Below, in pieces: positions 51,744-64,000 of a stretch of 64,000 nucleotides of DNA. The notes below the pieces were generated by a model, which worked only from the letters and a program-made list of their open reading frames with translations, did no database searches and was not told the DNA's origin. The DNA is from Geosiphon pyriformis uo1 (Eukaryota > Fungi > Glomeromycota), in the NCBI GenBank assembly GCA_016748015.1, contig JAAOMT010000239.1:618346-682345 (forward strand). Direction: 5' to 3'. Each line of letters begins with the position of its first letter. Within the stretch, counting starts at the first letter, position 1. The position numbers were made by a program, and so were the translations under genes.

Positions 51744-54700
51744 GTGGCGACCACACCAGACACAACAACTCTAAAGTATTACCAGTCAATTTACACCCAC
51801 TGCAAGCAAAGATTCAACATTCCAGACGGAATTGAAGTTGTCAAGAAATCAGTATACCAATACATTGAAAACCGCATCAACAATTATCTTTTTGGAAATT
51901 ACAATATCTCAGAAGTTAGAAGCAACTTTTACAATAATTTAGCACACTATTCACAGTTGGGAACTGAAGACCTTAACAGTGAAATACTTGCCACTTACTT
52001 TCATGAACTTAATTTTAACATTATCAAATACTGTGAAGAAACATATCCAGTGCAGTCTCAATACACTATTGATTTTGAATTGGAAACAGAAACAAGCAAC
52101 AAAGACAAAAAACAAATTGAAGCAATACTCAAGAACCACCCCAAATACTCCAACACTACCAAAAACAACTGCCAAACATTTACAAACACCTGAACAAGGA
52201 ACCAGTTCAAAATTTCCACTTACTATCACATCTTTTCCAGCTTCACTTGCACAATCACAAACACCTAATTCACCCTTGAATCGATTTGCAAGACCAGAAG
52301 ATTTTACATCACTCAAAAGTCCCACCAGACAACAAGAATCCTTTCAAACTAGTTCTAATCTCCTTGATTTTCTAGCTGAAAATCAAAATGAACACTCTAA
52401 GACAGCAGCAAACAAAAAAAAATGACTCTGAAATAACTGAAGAAGAATCAATAGACAGTAAAAATGAAGAAAACGAAATGACAACATACATTGTAAAAAT
52501 CCCTGAATTCAATGGAGAAGATATTGAGACCAGTCCCCAAGAATGGCTCGACCAAGTTACTAAAGCTGGAGATGCAAATGGATGGAATGCTGTCAGAATG
52601 TTAAGAACAATTCCCTACTTTCTCAAAGAAACAGCAGGAGAATGGTTTGAAAACTTGGCTGCCCCATTCAATGATTGAAACACTTTTAAAGCAGCTTTCC
52701 TTAAACAGTTTACCAACAATAATACTTCTATCACCCTTCGCAATCGTTTTCGAAATATCAAACAAAAACTCTCTGAATTTGTTATGACTTATATTGGGAA
52801 ATTCAACAAACTTTTCAGACAAATTCGCCAACTTGAAACAAACAATTATTATTCTAATGCTCAAATCTTGGATCAATTTATTGCTGGTCTAAAAGATAAA
52901 CTAATTAAAAAGGTTTGCCCACATGCGCCAGAAGATTTAAACTCTGCCATACAGCATGTGAAAAGATATGAAATGGCCATGGAAAAGACCAATCGCACAA
53001 AACTTATAAATTTGGCAATTGGAGAAACCAGCTCAGCAGCTAAGGAAAAAATTAACCAACTCACAAAGAAGGTTGAAAACTATTTCACCAATCAACAACA
53101 ACAGCAACCCCAAAGATATCAACCACCCCAAAAACGAAATCAAAATAACTTTGCACTACTTTCTAATAACCAGCCTCAGAATTGCCATTACTGTGGAATC
53201 TCTGGCCACTGGAAAAGAGATTGCAGAAAGCTACAACGAGACCAACAAAATAGAAGTAATCAATGTTACTCTCCACCACAGCAATCTTATTATCAACTAC
53301 CATCACCAGCTTACTATCTACCAAAACTCCAATACCAAAGTAACTATTATCAGTTCGCCCCATAGCCAATCCAACAGCAATACCAACAACCACCCACACA
53401 ACATTATCAAGTACCTGCTCAAAGACTGATTACATAAAATCAATTCACACCACAAAACCGATACCATGTAAACAACAATAGAATCAGTTCAAACAACCAA
53501 TTAGTTCTCTGAAATTCCACTCAACCAAGACCCAACCACTACCACACTCAACCCAGTTATTTAACAATACCAGAAGAACAGGATTTTCATCATACTGCAC
53601 CCTCAGAAGGTAGAGCTACAGCACAACAACAAAACTCTTCCTATACTCCCACCACAATCCCACCAGCCAGAATCGCTGAAAACACTAACCTTTCAGATAT
53701 ATTCCCTTTTGAGTTTGAAGCGAATGAGTCACCATTCCTGCTTAGCAATACAGCCGCCAATGAACAAAAAGCAATCACGGCTATGTACACTAAAGCAGAA
53801 GTCAAAGGAAAGACAGTTCACTTGATTCTAAACAGTGGATTCGCCGGAAGCATTATCACCTACCAGTTAATGCAACAGTTGAAGAGAAATGTCGACCAAC
53901 CAGCTCAAACAGTAATCATTACTGCTGATGGCATGAAAAAGACCCCAGTAGGAGAAATTGACAATTTTTCATTCACTCTTGATGGAATCACCATTCCAGT
54001 CAAAGTTCTTGTAATGGATGCACCCCAGTACCAAGCTCTTGTTGGAAATGATTGGCTTCAAAAAGCCAATGCTAATCTGAATTGGGAAACACAAGAGTTA
54101 ACAATCTCTTACCAAGGACAAAACGCCCGGGTATCTGCCACTTGTGGTACATTCAACAAACACTCTGAAAAAGCCCCAGCTTTTGAATTTGAACCAGAAG
54201 AAGAAAAACCCTTCATTGAAACATTCATGGCTCTTGGATCAATGTTCAACTGGGCCGATGAAACAGAACAAAAACATTTTACCCCACACTCTGAACCCGA
54301 AACCTCTAGATGAAATATCCCTTACTCAAAACCCGAACCAAGAAAACAACGCCCCTATATTCTCCTTAAATGTAAGGACTGCCACAAGAAACTATCGTCA
54401 ATGGAAGCCTGCATTTTACCTGAAGAAGAATATGAATATCATACTTGTTATTACTGCAAGGCTTACCACAGAGAATGATGGGGCCATCTAATAAAAAGAA
54501 GCGAAAAATGGGACAACACTCCTTGTTTGACTTGTGGAGATATGCTACCGGAAGAATATAATTGGATTGATGTAGTAATGAGAGGAGGAGTCTGCGATCA
54601 GATCTGCCAATATGCTTTATCAATTTCAGAAAAAGTAAAAAGAGGAACACCCTTTAATGCAGCATACAACAGTGCTTTTAACAAACTTTATCACTACCCC

Positions 54701-57363
54701 CATGATGCTGAGATAATTTTCGACCTAGCAATAGCATTAATTAATGGAGCTACCAAAGAAGATATCCATCAAATGAAGGAAGCAGAATACATTGAATACA
54801 CTATGGAATTAGCTGAATTCGATTACGAAGATAAAATAGAAGTCTACCACCAAATTGCAAGTCATACCTACCTAATCCAAGAAGCTCAAATTCAACAATT
54901 AAAGCAAATGAACATTAGGCTATGTGAAGAATGCATTATGCCTTGTAATAAACCGTGGTGTCCTGAATGCTACGCTCTTAGTATCCCTTTGTCCAGTGAA
55001 AATGATGAGAACAAAATTGAATTTGGAGAACTTGAAGCAATGGAAGAAATTGAAACAACACTCATTTACCTTATCGAAAATCAGTCTGCCTTACAACTTA
55101 AATACTTCAACAACAACGAACAAAGAATAAAACTCGAAAAAGCACACAAAATTGATGCTAGATATAACCTAAGATATCCAGGCAAAGATATTCTTGTTCT
55201 CAAACCCAAATCTCTCACAAAAATCAACCTCAAAATTGCATTCAAAATCCCACCAAGAGCAATGGTTCAAATTGCCTTCCAGTCCTCTCTGGCAAGCAAA
55301 GAAATCAATGTCAAAGGAGGAATAATTGATGTTGGATATACTGGAGACATTACAGTGATGCTTCAAAATGAAACTGACAAACCATTCAAGATCAAACATG
55401 CTGAAAAAATTGTCCAAGCTATTTACCTACCCCTAATCAACATTTCAGGTTTGCAACTAGTCAATCAAAGAGAACAATTAGGAAAAAGCAATAGAAGAAC
55501 CCAAGGTTTTGGTTCAACTGGACGATTCACAGTTCTAGTTAATATAGCTCTTAACACACAAAACAAATTCCACCAGATTCTCAGACTTCTACAACCAATT
55601 ACCATTTCACCCTTTGGAGAACATCTGGAAATCTACATCTGTCCAAAGCCAATAACCACACAACAAATTTTTGAGTCCAATGAACAAGTCTGCTTAGAAC
55701 ATAATATTTCAATCTCAAACATTTATATTCCAAAAGAAACAAAGAAAGTCTGAGTTACTTTTTACAACCCCAATAATTACTCCATAATTTTATTAAATAA
55801 TTTAGAAATTGGAGTTATTTACAGTAATATATTTCAACAAGAATTATCCCAAACAGTTCCTGATTTCTCTGAAATTATTGGACATTTACTACCAAAAATC
55901 AACCCAAATCCCAGCTCCGAAAACTACCATGTTGTCATGAAAAAACTATCTCGAATCAACATGGGACAACTTGAACCACAACAACAGATCCAGCTCAAAG
56001 AGCTAATTGCAGAATTTGCCGATATCTTTGCTAAAAACAACAATAACTTAGAAAGAACCAATTTGGTCCAACACCAAATTTATACAGGAGATGCCAAACC
56101 AAAAAGACAACAAGCATATCGAGTTGCTCCAGAAAGCCACCAATTCATCCGAAAAGAAGTACAACAAATGCTTAACAATGGGCTTATCCAACTCTTCATG
56201 AGTCCTTGGGCTTTACCTGTAGTGCTAGTTAAAAAAAAAATGGAAAGATCTGATTTTGTGTTGACTATTGACAACTCAACAGTGTTACAATTGGAGATGC
56301 CTACTCCCTTCTCCAGATTGATGACATGTTAGATGCCCTTGGAAAATCCAAATACTTTTCAACACTAGATTTAGAAAGCAGTTACTGGCAAGTTGTTATG
56401 GATCCCAAAGACTGTTCCAAAACAGCATTCACCACTCAAGGAGGAAATTATGAGTTCAATGTAATGCCTTTTGGATTATGCAATGCACCAGCAACATTTC
56501 AAAGACTCATGGATGTTGTTTACAAAGGCCTTCTTTGGAAATCAGTAGTAGTTTATCTTGATGACACTGATGTTTATTCACCATTTTTTGAGTTATATTT
56601 AGTTCATCTGCGAGAAGTTTTTCAACGATTACGAAAAGCAGAATTGAAACTGAACATTGAGAAATGCTACTTTGGAAAAACAAGTTTAGCTTTTCTTGGT
56701 TACATTGTTAGCAAAGATGGAATTAAACCAGACCCCAGAAAAATCAGTACTGTCAAGAACTTCAAGACTCCACAAAATACTACAGAATTAAGAGGATTTA
56801 TTGGATTAGCATCCTATTACTGAAAATTCATCAAAGGATTCTCAGAAATTGCAAAATCCCTCAACCAGCTCATTACTAAAAATGTCGAATACAAATGAAC
56901 AGAAGAACATCAAAATGCCTTCAAGATACTTAAGAAAAAACTTACAACAGCTCCAATTATCGCCTACTCAGATTTCAGCAACCAATTCCAGTTAGCAACC
57001 AACGCCTCTTATACTGCCTTTGGTGCCATTCTATCACAGTTAGATGACAATGAAAATGAACGAGTAATCACTTATGCTAGTAGAACATTAAAGCCAGCTG
57101 AAAAAAACTACCCCACAACAGAATTAGAAACCACAGCAGTAATCTGGGCCCTACATCACTTCAACCTTTACCTCAGACCCAAAAAATTTGATATTATTAC
57201 TGATAATATTGGACTTAAATAGCTTCAGAACAAAAACACCCAGCTGAACACAAAACAAATCCAATGGACAGAATTTTTAGCTAACTACCGATACATTATA
57301 CATCACAAACCAGGAAAACTTCACACCAACGTTGATTGTCTCTCAAGAATGAGACAAGATTAG
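51744..57363 (+). pseudogene. gag-pol of F: CA, CCHC, protease, Cys module, dUTPase (~55090-55520), RT, RNase H
   Basis: CHYCGISGHWKRDC; HLILNSGFAGS; GGIIDVGYTG, QGFGSTG; LDLESSYWQ, YLDD; YASRTL; ends DCLSRMRQD*. Confidence 0.9.
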
Positions 57364-57412
57364 AAAACAAAACCAATACCCATTTGAATTAACAGCATCA
57401 AAACAACAAACA

Positions 57413-58390
57413 ATAAACCCCGAAAACTACAACAATCTTAAACAATATCTGGAGACATTAACAATCCCAACAAATTGGTCTCCAGACAAAAAACATCAGT
57501 TACAACAACAAGCCAAACAATACTTTTTACACAACAATATTATTTATTATCAAAACTTCAGAAACCCAGACAGTCCACTCAGATTAATATAAGAACATAA
57601 AAAAGAAACTATTTTATACAACATGTACTCAGACCCTTCATCAGCACATCTAGGAAAAGACAGCACCACCCAAAGAACACTAGAATATTACTTTTGGCCT
57701 CAAATGAGAAAAAACATTCATGAATACGTTCAATCTTGTGATAGTTGTCAAAGAAGAGAAGAAACCCACTCTACAAAACCTTTAAATCTAATCAAAGTTG
57801 GACAGCCTTTTGACCGAGTTGGTATCAATTTAGTCAGACTACTGCCTATTACAAACCAAGGAAACTGTTATATTGCAGTAGCTGTAAATTATCTCACCAA
57901 ATGGCCTGAAGCCAGAGCCATTCAGCAAGCAGATGTGAAATCAATAACAAATTTCATCTACAAAAACATTATTTGTAGACATGGATGCCCAATTAAACTT
58001 TTATTCGATCAAGGAACACATTTTGTGAACAATCTAATTCAAAAAATTTGTGAACAATTCAATGTCAAGAGACCTTTATCTTCACCCTACCATTCACAAA
58101 CAAACGGACTTGTGGAACATTTTAACAGAACATTGTGTGAGTCATTGGCCAAAGTTTCAACCAATTTTGAGCAAGAATGGGATATTTTTATTCCATCAGT
58201 GTTATTAGCATACAGAACACTAAAACAAGATACCACAAAACACATACTATTTAACTTAGTCTATGGAAAAACAGCAACCTTACCAATTAATTTTACTGTA
58301 GAACCATATCTAGTGCAATCAATCAACAAAGAAAACTTTCAGGAAACACTTCAATGAAGAGCCTACACTCTTCTTAGCACATTGGAAGAA
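57413..58390 (+). pseudogene. Integrase of F, separate ORF (start decayed to ATA), C-terminus deleted
   Basis: SAHLGK, SCDSCQ, LLFDQG, QTNGLVE; homology to E integrase stops at ttagcacattggaagaa. Confidence 0.85.
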
Positions 58391-58804
58391 AACTACAACT
58401 ATACTTCAATATATAGATATTTCTACATTGGAAAAACACTTTATGAACAAAAACGGGAGCTTACAGCAGAAAACCTTACAAAAAAAGCTATTTGGAAACA
58501 ACTCCACAATGAATTCAAAACAACAGCTGGACCTACAAACAGTCATTATAAACTAAGGGCTGCTCTTAGACTTTATGACCTATTCCACATCTGTGAAAAC
58601 GTACTACAAAACCCAATTTTTCAACTTTTGAAGATTCAATACATTGGAAAGCTCACAGAACTGAAATTTCAACAATTTTCAGACCAAATTTCTTCAATAA
58701 TTTTGGATTATTATCTGGAAATGACAAACAATACTTGGACTTCGACGGAGCTCAGTCTTGAAGAGAAAGTTATGTTACCAGACAAAATTAGAGATATTAT
58801 TTAG
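58391..58804 (+). pseudogene. C-terminal part of ORF3 of F
   Basis: Open frame homologous to E ORF3; stop lies inside the 3' LTR. Confidence 0.7.
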
Positions 58805-59760
58805 CATGAAATTATCTTATAATTCCTATTATTAATTAGCATATATTATCGTTTCAAATGATCACTTATTACATTAGCAAAAATGTCCGAAATTATTATT
58901 TAATTAATAACTCAAATTGTACACAACACAAATGTAACCTAATTGCGATGATCAATCATGTAATACTCCGAACTATGTAACATTCAAAAGTTTGCCAAAA
59001 TTTGTAGAAATTTGCCAAAATAATTGATAGTTTACTGAAATATCTAATAGTTCGCAGAAATAACTTGTAGTTCACTGAAATATATCTTTAATTCAGCGAA
59101 ATTGTAGAAAATAGCAAAGTTCAAGTTCATAGAATAGTGTTATGACAAGTTGTATAAAAAAAGAGCTTCTCTCTTCGAGAAAATGTATCTTACTTTATAT
59201 TTATTACTTAGAACCATTCCTATACACACAAAAAGAAATAAAATATCAAATAATTCGAAAAACCAATTTTTTTAAAATATTGCACTTGAAAAATCTCCAA
59301 AAAAAAAACCCAACTAACATTTTGAAATTGATTAGCTACCAATTTCAGTAAACTGTTAGTGACTTCAGGCCTGGATAGAAAAATGTTTCTCTTGACAAAA
59401 TTCTATTTCTTTTACATTTCATTATTTTTCTTTTCTTTTCTTATTACAATCATTCGGGTAGCCTATAGACAAGATTCCTGTAGAAGAGTTGACTTTCACA
59501 GCAAAATAACTACACATTTTTAGTGAGCTTCCAGACAAGCAATTCCTGGGAAAAAGTTGATGTTTACTACAACATAACTACATAAAACAACTGGCATGGA
59601 ATTGGCTATTTCACTCATAAGCCCAGCAAGTTCAAATTATAGGAGATAATTTGAAGATAAATTCAGTTACTGGAGGTCCAACTACTTTCTGGAAACGTGA
59701 ATTCACAGCAAACAGGCATCAACAACATTCAAGAAAGGAGACCAAAAACCTCCGGTAACA
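58773..59760 (+). repeat. 3' LTR of F (family X)
   Basis: Direct repeat of 50710-51697. Confidence 0.95.
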
Positions 59761-59897
59761 CCAGCAATTCAAATTATAAGAGATAATTTAAAGATAAATT
59801 CAGTTACTGGAGATCCAACTGCTTCCTGGAAACGTGAATTTACAGCAAATCAACATTAATAACATTCAAGAAAAGAGACCAAAAATCTTTGGTAACA

Positions 59898-62300
59898 ATA
59901 TCTAATAAAATTTCAATTAGAAAAGTTTTTTTTATTATAAAAACAGCTAAACAAAATGTCTTAGAAGTTTTTTTTTTAAATAATAAAAGTAAAAGACTGT
60001 TTTTGGTAATTATTAAAACATTTTTTTATTTTAATTAATTCTTTTTTAATTAAAGTTTTTTTAAAAAAATACACTTGAATTAGTTTTAATGTTGTCTTTA
60101 CTTCTTTTAAAAGCCCAAAAATATTTAATAAAAAGTCAGTTATCAAGTTAGTTTTTTCTATTTTTTTTGTTAAATCTAATATTTTCAGCACTTTTTCTTC
60201 TAAAATAGTCAAAAAAACTATAGATTTAAAAAAACAGCAGCAGTTATTTGCTTTGGTTATTATTATATTAAACTTATTTGTGATTTTTAATAAGATTTTA
60301 AAAGAGATATTTGTTGTATTATTCAGTTTGTCTTTTAAGATAAGCCAAAATTAACTACTAATTATGCTGTTTAATATAATATTTTCTGATAAATTATTGT
60401 TAATTATAAAAGCAAAGCAAATTTTTTTTATTGGGTTATCTATTTTTGAAAATTAAATTAACCAAATAGAAACTGAATTAATTTTTTTACTAGTTTTTGG
60501 TATTGTTATTAATAGTATTTAAGAAACTATTATTAGTTGTTAAGAATTTGCTAAGTAGGTAATCTCTATTTTAATACTTGATATAACTTTTAAAATTAAA
60601 TTAGTTTATATTAAGATTGTTTTTCAGTCTGTATATGGTTTATTAAGTGTAAAGTTGGTATTAAAAAATAATATAAAGCTTTTTTGTTTAGAGTTTGCTT
60701 TTTAAAAATTTTTAAAAGCTGTTTTTTTGTTTAAGCTTATAAGCTTTGTTTATCTAATTACTTTTAAAATTGTCAAGTTTTTGGTAGTTTTTAAAACTGG
60801 TTTCTCTTTTATTATTGTTATGCTATATAATATGCTTTTGAATATATCTACTGTTAATATTAAAACAATACTTAGTGTTTTTAATAAAGTTGTCTATATT
60901 TTGCTAAAGCCTATTGTTATTTAGTAGTATATAATTGTATATTTTAAAAAATTAGATATTGCTGTATTTATCTTTAGTTAATAGTCTGTTTTTATAGACA
61001 AAAATAATGTTAAAATTTTTTCTTTAATAAATTAAAATAAGACTATTTTGTTTTAAGACAGATTTAAGATTAAATTAATTAATTTTTTTCTTGACTGTAT
61101 AGTCTTTAAAATTAACAATATAATTTTTTAAGTTGGTAGTTGTTCTTGTTTTATTTTCTATTTATCTGAGTCTAATCATTATTTTTAATTTGTGTTGATT
61201 ATATTTGGTTTTCAAATAAATTTAAATACTATAATAATTAAAATTAATATACTAAAAAAATACTATATTTAATAAAAGATTTTTAATTGTTAGTGCTGTT
61301 TTAGGTGTTAAAAAATAAGTTATTTGACTGTGGATTATAAGATGTTTTTATTTTTTTCTTTTAAAATTCTTAAGATATTTATATTCTGTTTTATAAGTAT
61401 CAAATCTTATGTTAAGATTTTTGTTTTTGTAAGGATTTCTAAATTTTTTTTGACAGCTTTTATTTCTTTTTTTGTAGTTGTTAATAATTTTTTGGTCTTT
61501 TTTTAATTGGTTTTTTTGGAATTTAATTTGGTCAAGTTGACTATTTTGATTAATTTTATTATTAGATCTGTTAATTCTTTAATAATAGTATTTGAACAAT
61601 TTATTAAGAGTAATCTTATTTTGAACAATATTTTTAATCTTAAAATTAATAAGCTTATGATATATCTGGATGCTTTTAGCAAAGTTGTTAATAAGTTAAA
61701 AAGAGAGATAATATTATTAAAAAAGAAATGTTATATAAATAGTATTAACATATTTGGTGGTTTTATAAATTTTATTGTTGTTAATAATAAAATATTTTCT
61801 AATTAATGTTTCTTTGAGTTTATAAATTTGTTAAAATAAAAACTAATTTTTTAAAAACAGCTAAATGACTGATTAAATTAGTTTTTATAGTGTTATTTTG
61901 TTTAATATAATTCAAAAAATGGTTTTTTTAAGTAAATTTTCTTCTATTGTATTAGCATAATGTTGTTCTATTGATTTAAATAAATTTTTACATGTATTAA
62001 AAGTATAAACTGTGTTTAACTGAAACTCTTAAATTTGGTTTTGTATATTAGATAATAATAGAACTGTACTTATTAAACTTAATAATAATAAATACAATTT
62101 GTTTGCAAAATTGGATTAATTTTAATAAAAAAAATAACTTGTTTATAAATATTTTAGTTGTTAAAAGCATTTTATAGTTTTATTTAAGATGATTTTTCTA
62201 ATTAAACTGGCTATTTAATATGGTTTTTTTTAATGTAATTAAAATCATATTTTTATAATACTTAATATTATATAGATTAAGTAACTTGTTATAAAAAATT
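59898..62300 (+). pseudogene. Longest Z-family ORF1-like relic
   Basis: Colinear with 16100-17317; decayed CCHC knuckle at ~61290-61340 (tgttttaggtgt..tatttgactgtggattat). Confidence 0.6.
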
Positions 62301-63167
62301 GTAATACAATCTTTTTAATTAAATTTAGATTTATAACATCTATTCTCTAAATAAAGATAAAATTAATTTGATTAAAAATTATTCTTTATTTTATATCTTA
62401 TTGAAGCATTTAAAATATTTTAAATATACCAACTTTGAATTTAAATTTTTGTTTACATCTTTATTTACAAGTGTAATAGCTTTTATGTTTTCTTTATGTA
62501 TCTTAATATTCAATAAAATACTATTATATATATAAAAGTATAATTCATATAAAGAACAATCTTTTACCTACTCCTTATAATCCAGAATTTTATAGCCATT
62601 ACTAAAGCTACTACCTTTTAGGAATATTAGAGTATTTCTATAAGTAGCACTTGTATGTATCGAATAGTTGGCAATAATGGCCTTTTTTGTTTCGATAGAG
62701 CTAGTAGACAAAGCATAATCGCCCATTAGTGATAATGTTTTGGTAGTAACGGTAATCTACCCTTATCTTTACACATTTTATATATTTCATTTTCTCTAGT
62801 CTCATATAATATAGCCAATAAAATGCGATTTATCGCAGATTTCACCTGATACAATCACGGGGTTTACAGGTTTATACAGGTTTTACCAATCTATCGCAGG
62901 TTTTACATTACGTGACTGATCATCGCAGGTTTTATTAATTACAAAAAATGGATTTTTTTTTCTCCAATTACTAATGTATGCATTAAATACCCTGTCAATT
63001 CTGATTAATTCATTTTTAATTGTTGCACTGAATATGACGTATTTAAAAGTATTAATAAATATACCCTGTCCTGGACGCTAATGTTTACCCATTAAAAGCG
63101 GCAAAAAAAAACTTTTCTCTAATCACTGATAAATAGATTTTTTATTCTTTCACTTTATCTCACCGCG

Positions 63168-63398
63168 ATGTCGTCAAAGATTGAGGAGCAATTTAATGGA
63201 TGGGAAACCGCCTTAGAACCTGAAAATTTCGATTTTCTTTCCATCCTGAGATTTCGTCAAGTAAAAAATGACTTCTCTTTGAATAAAGTAGCCGAGCACG
63301 CTGCAATATTCAAGTTCGTGTCATACGTTGAGGAAACGACAATAAATGAAACGTGGAAGAAAGCCGCTTCTGTTCTCCTTGATGCTGGATTATTAAAG
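63168..63398 (+). CDS. Probable first exon of an unknown host-like gene, followed by a putative GC-type 5' splice site (AAG|GCGAGT)
   Basis: Protein-like ORF MSSKIEEQFNGWETALEPENFDFLSIL...; CpG retained; no acceptor or second exon identified inside the window. Confidence 0.55.
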
Positions 63399-63437
63399 GC
63401 GAGTATTTGTTTCTGAGCGGCGGAAGTTTAAGCAACA

Positions 63438-64000
63438 AGTTGGACCAGTTATGGATGCGTCCGGTGGGGTTCATCTTAAGTATGGAGACACAGTGCCGAG
63501 GACGAATTCTTTCGCAGCTGTCTGATGGGATTTGGTGCCAAAAAAAGATTGCTTTTGCAACCTTGACTTACTTTCCTGATACCACCACCTAAGCGGTCCG
63601 ACTACGTATTGGATCAGTTATGGATACGTCCGGTGGGGTTCAGTAACAAGAAGGATTTCGTTTACAGGCCTTTTCTCGCTTGCTTTTGTTGATACCACCA
63701 CCTAAGCGGTCCGACTACGTATTGGATCAGTTATGGATACGTCCGGTGGGGTTCATCTTAAGTATGGAGACAAAGTGCCGAGGACGAATTCTTTCGCAGC
63801 TGTCTGATGGGATTTGGTGCCAAAAAAAGATTGCTTTTGCAACCTTGACTTACTTTACTGATACCACCACCTAAGCGGTCCGACTACGTATTGGATCAGT
63901 TATGGATACGTCCGGTGGGGTTCAGTAACAAGAAGGATTTCGTTTACAGGCCTTTTCTCGCTTGCTTTTGTTGATACCACCACCTAAGCGGTCCGACTAC
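63438..64000 (+). repeat. Composite tandem array: 65-66 bp direct repeat with two alternating spacers, period 282 bp
   Basis: gataccaccacctaagcgg... starts at 63578, 63691, 63860 and 63973 (steps of 113, 169, 113); runs off the window end. Confidence 0.9.

Larger units (their letters stand above)
50710..59760 (+). mobile_element. Ty3/Gypsy element F; two 988-bp LTRs, internal deletion at ~58390
   Basis: LTRs 50710-51697 and 58773-59760; TSD CCAG at 50706-50709 and 59761-59764; PBS TGGTGCTCTCC 51700-51710; purine tract ~58760-58769. Confidence 0.95.
46221..59897 (+). mobile_element. 3' half of Ty3/Gypsy element E; its 3' LTR (49003-49796, 50678-50709, 59765-59897) is split by a solo Y LTR and by element F
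   Basis: RT end/RNase H, integrase, ORF3 and PPT; the LTR pieces rejoin colinearly with the F LTR sequence. Confidence 0.9.

Noticed and set aside
59976-61806. Short I/F/K/N-rich ORFs as genes (also 13488-13673, 24756-24959, 31723-31968, 40563-40874)
   Set aside because: They are chance frames in AT-rich relics or LTRs.
63558-63582. U12-type intron (ccttgac ... AC)
   Set aside because: No RTATCCTT 5' splice site upstream.
63500-63650. Hammerhead, pistol or twister ribozyme assignment
   Set aside because: Only partial look-alikes (CTGATGG, CCTAAGCG); the required CUGAUGA/GAAA core or pseudoknot partners are missing.
63438-64000. CRISPR array
   Set aside because: The repeat is 65-66 bp, the spacers recur (only two types), there are no cas genes, and the context is eukaryotic.

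Overview
This is a very AT-rich eukaryotic window. The intron-containing TKL-type kinase (HRDLHSGN/DLG) and the transposon content point to a Glomeromycotina (arbuscular-mycorrhizal-type) fungus, which is an inference. Apart from one three-exon kinase gene (11404-12878) and the start of an unknown gene followed by a structured repeat array (63168-64000), the window is transposon-derived. It holds a full-length decayed RNase H-encoding LINE (1326-8110, -), a 5'-truncated LINE, several heavily mutated ORF1-like relics, and a ~42 kb nest (17318-59897) of at least six Ty3/Gypsy elements (labelled A-F) plus solo or partial LTRs. The best candidate for an undescribed system is the shared architecture of these Gypsy lineages. 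Gag appears to start at a conserved AAA-GTG-GC (GUG) site. A ~200-250 aa three-cluster Cys-rich module and a dUTPase lie between protease and RT. Pol stops right after RNase H, and integrase is a separate out-of-frame ORF in all four copies that can be checked. An extra non-Env ORF3 runs into the 3' LTR, and an anti-PBS inverted repeat sits in U5. Repeat copies differ almost only by C>T/G>A transitions at CpG and CpA, which looks RIP-like. All alignments were done by eye, so boundaries of degraded relics are approximate.
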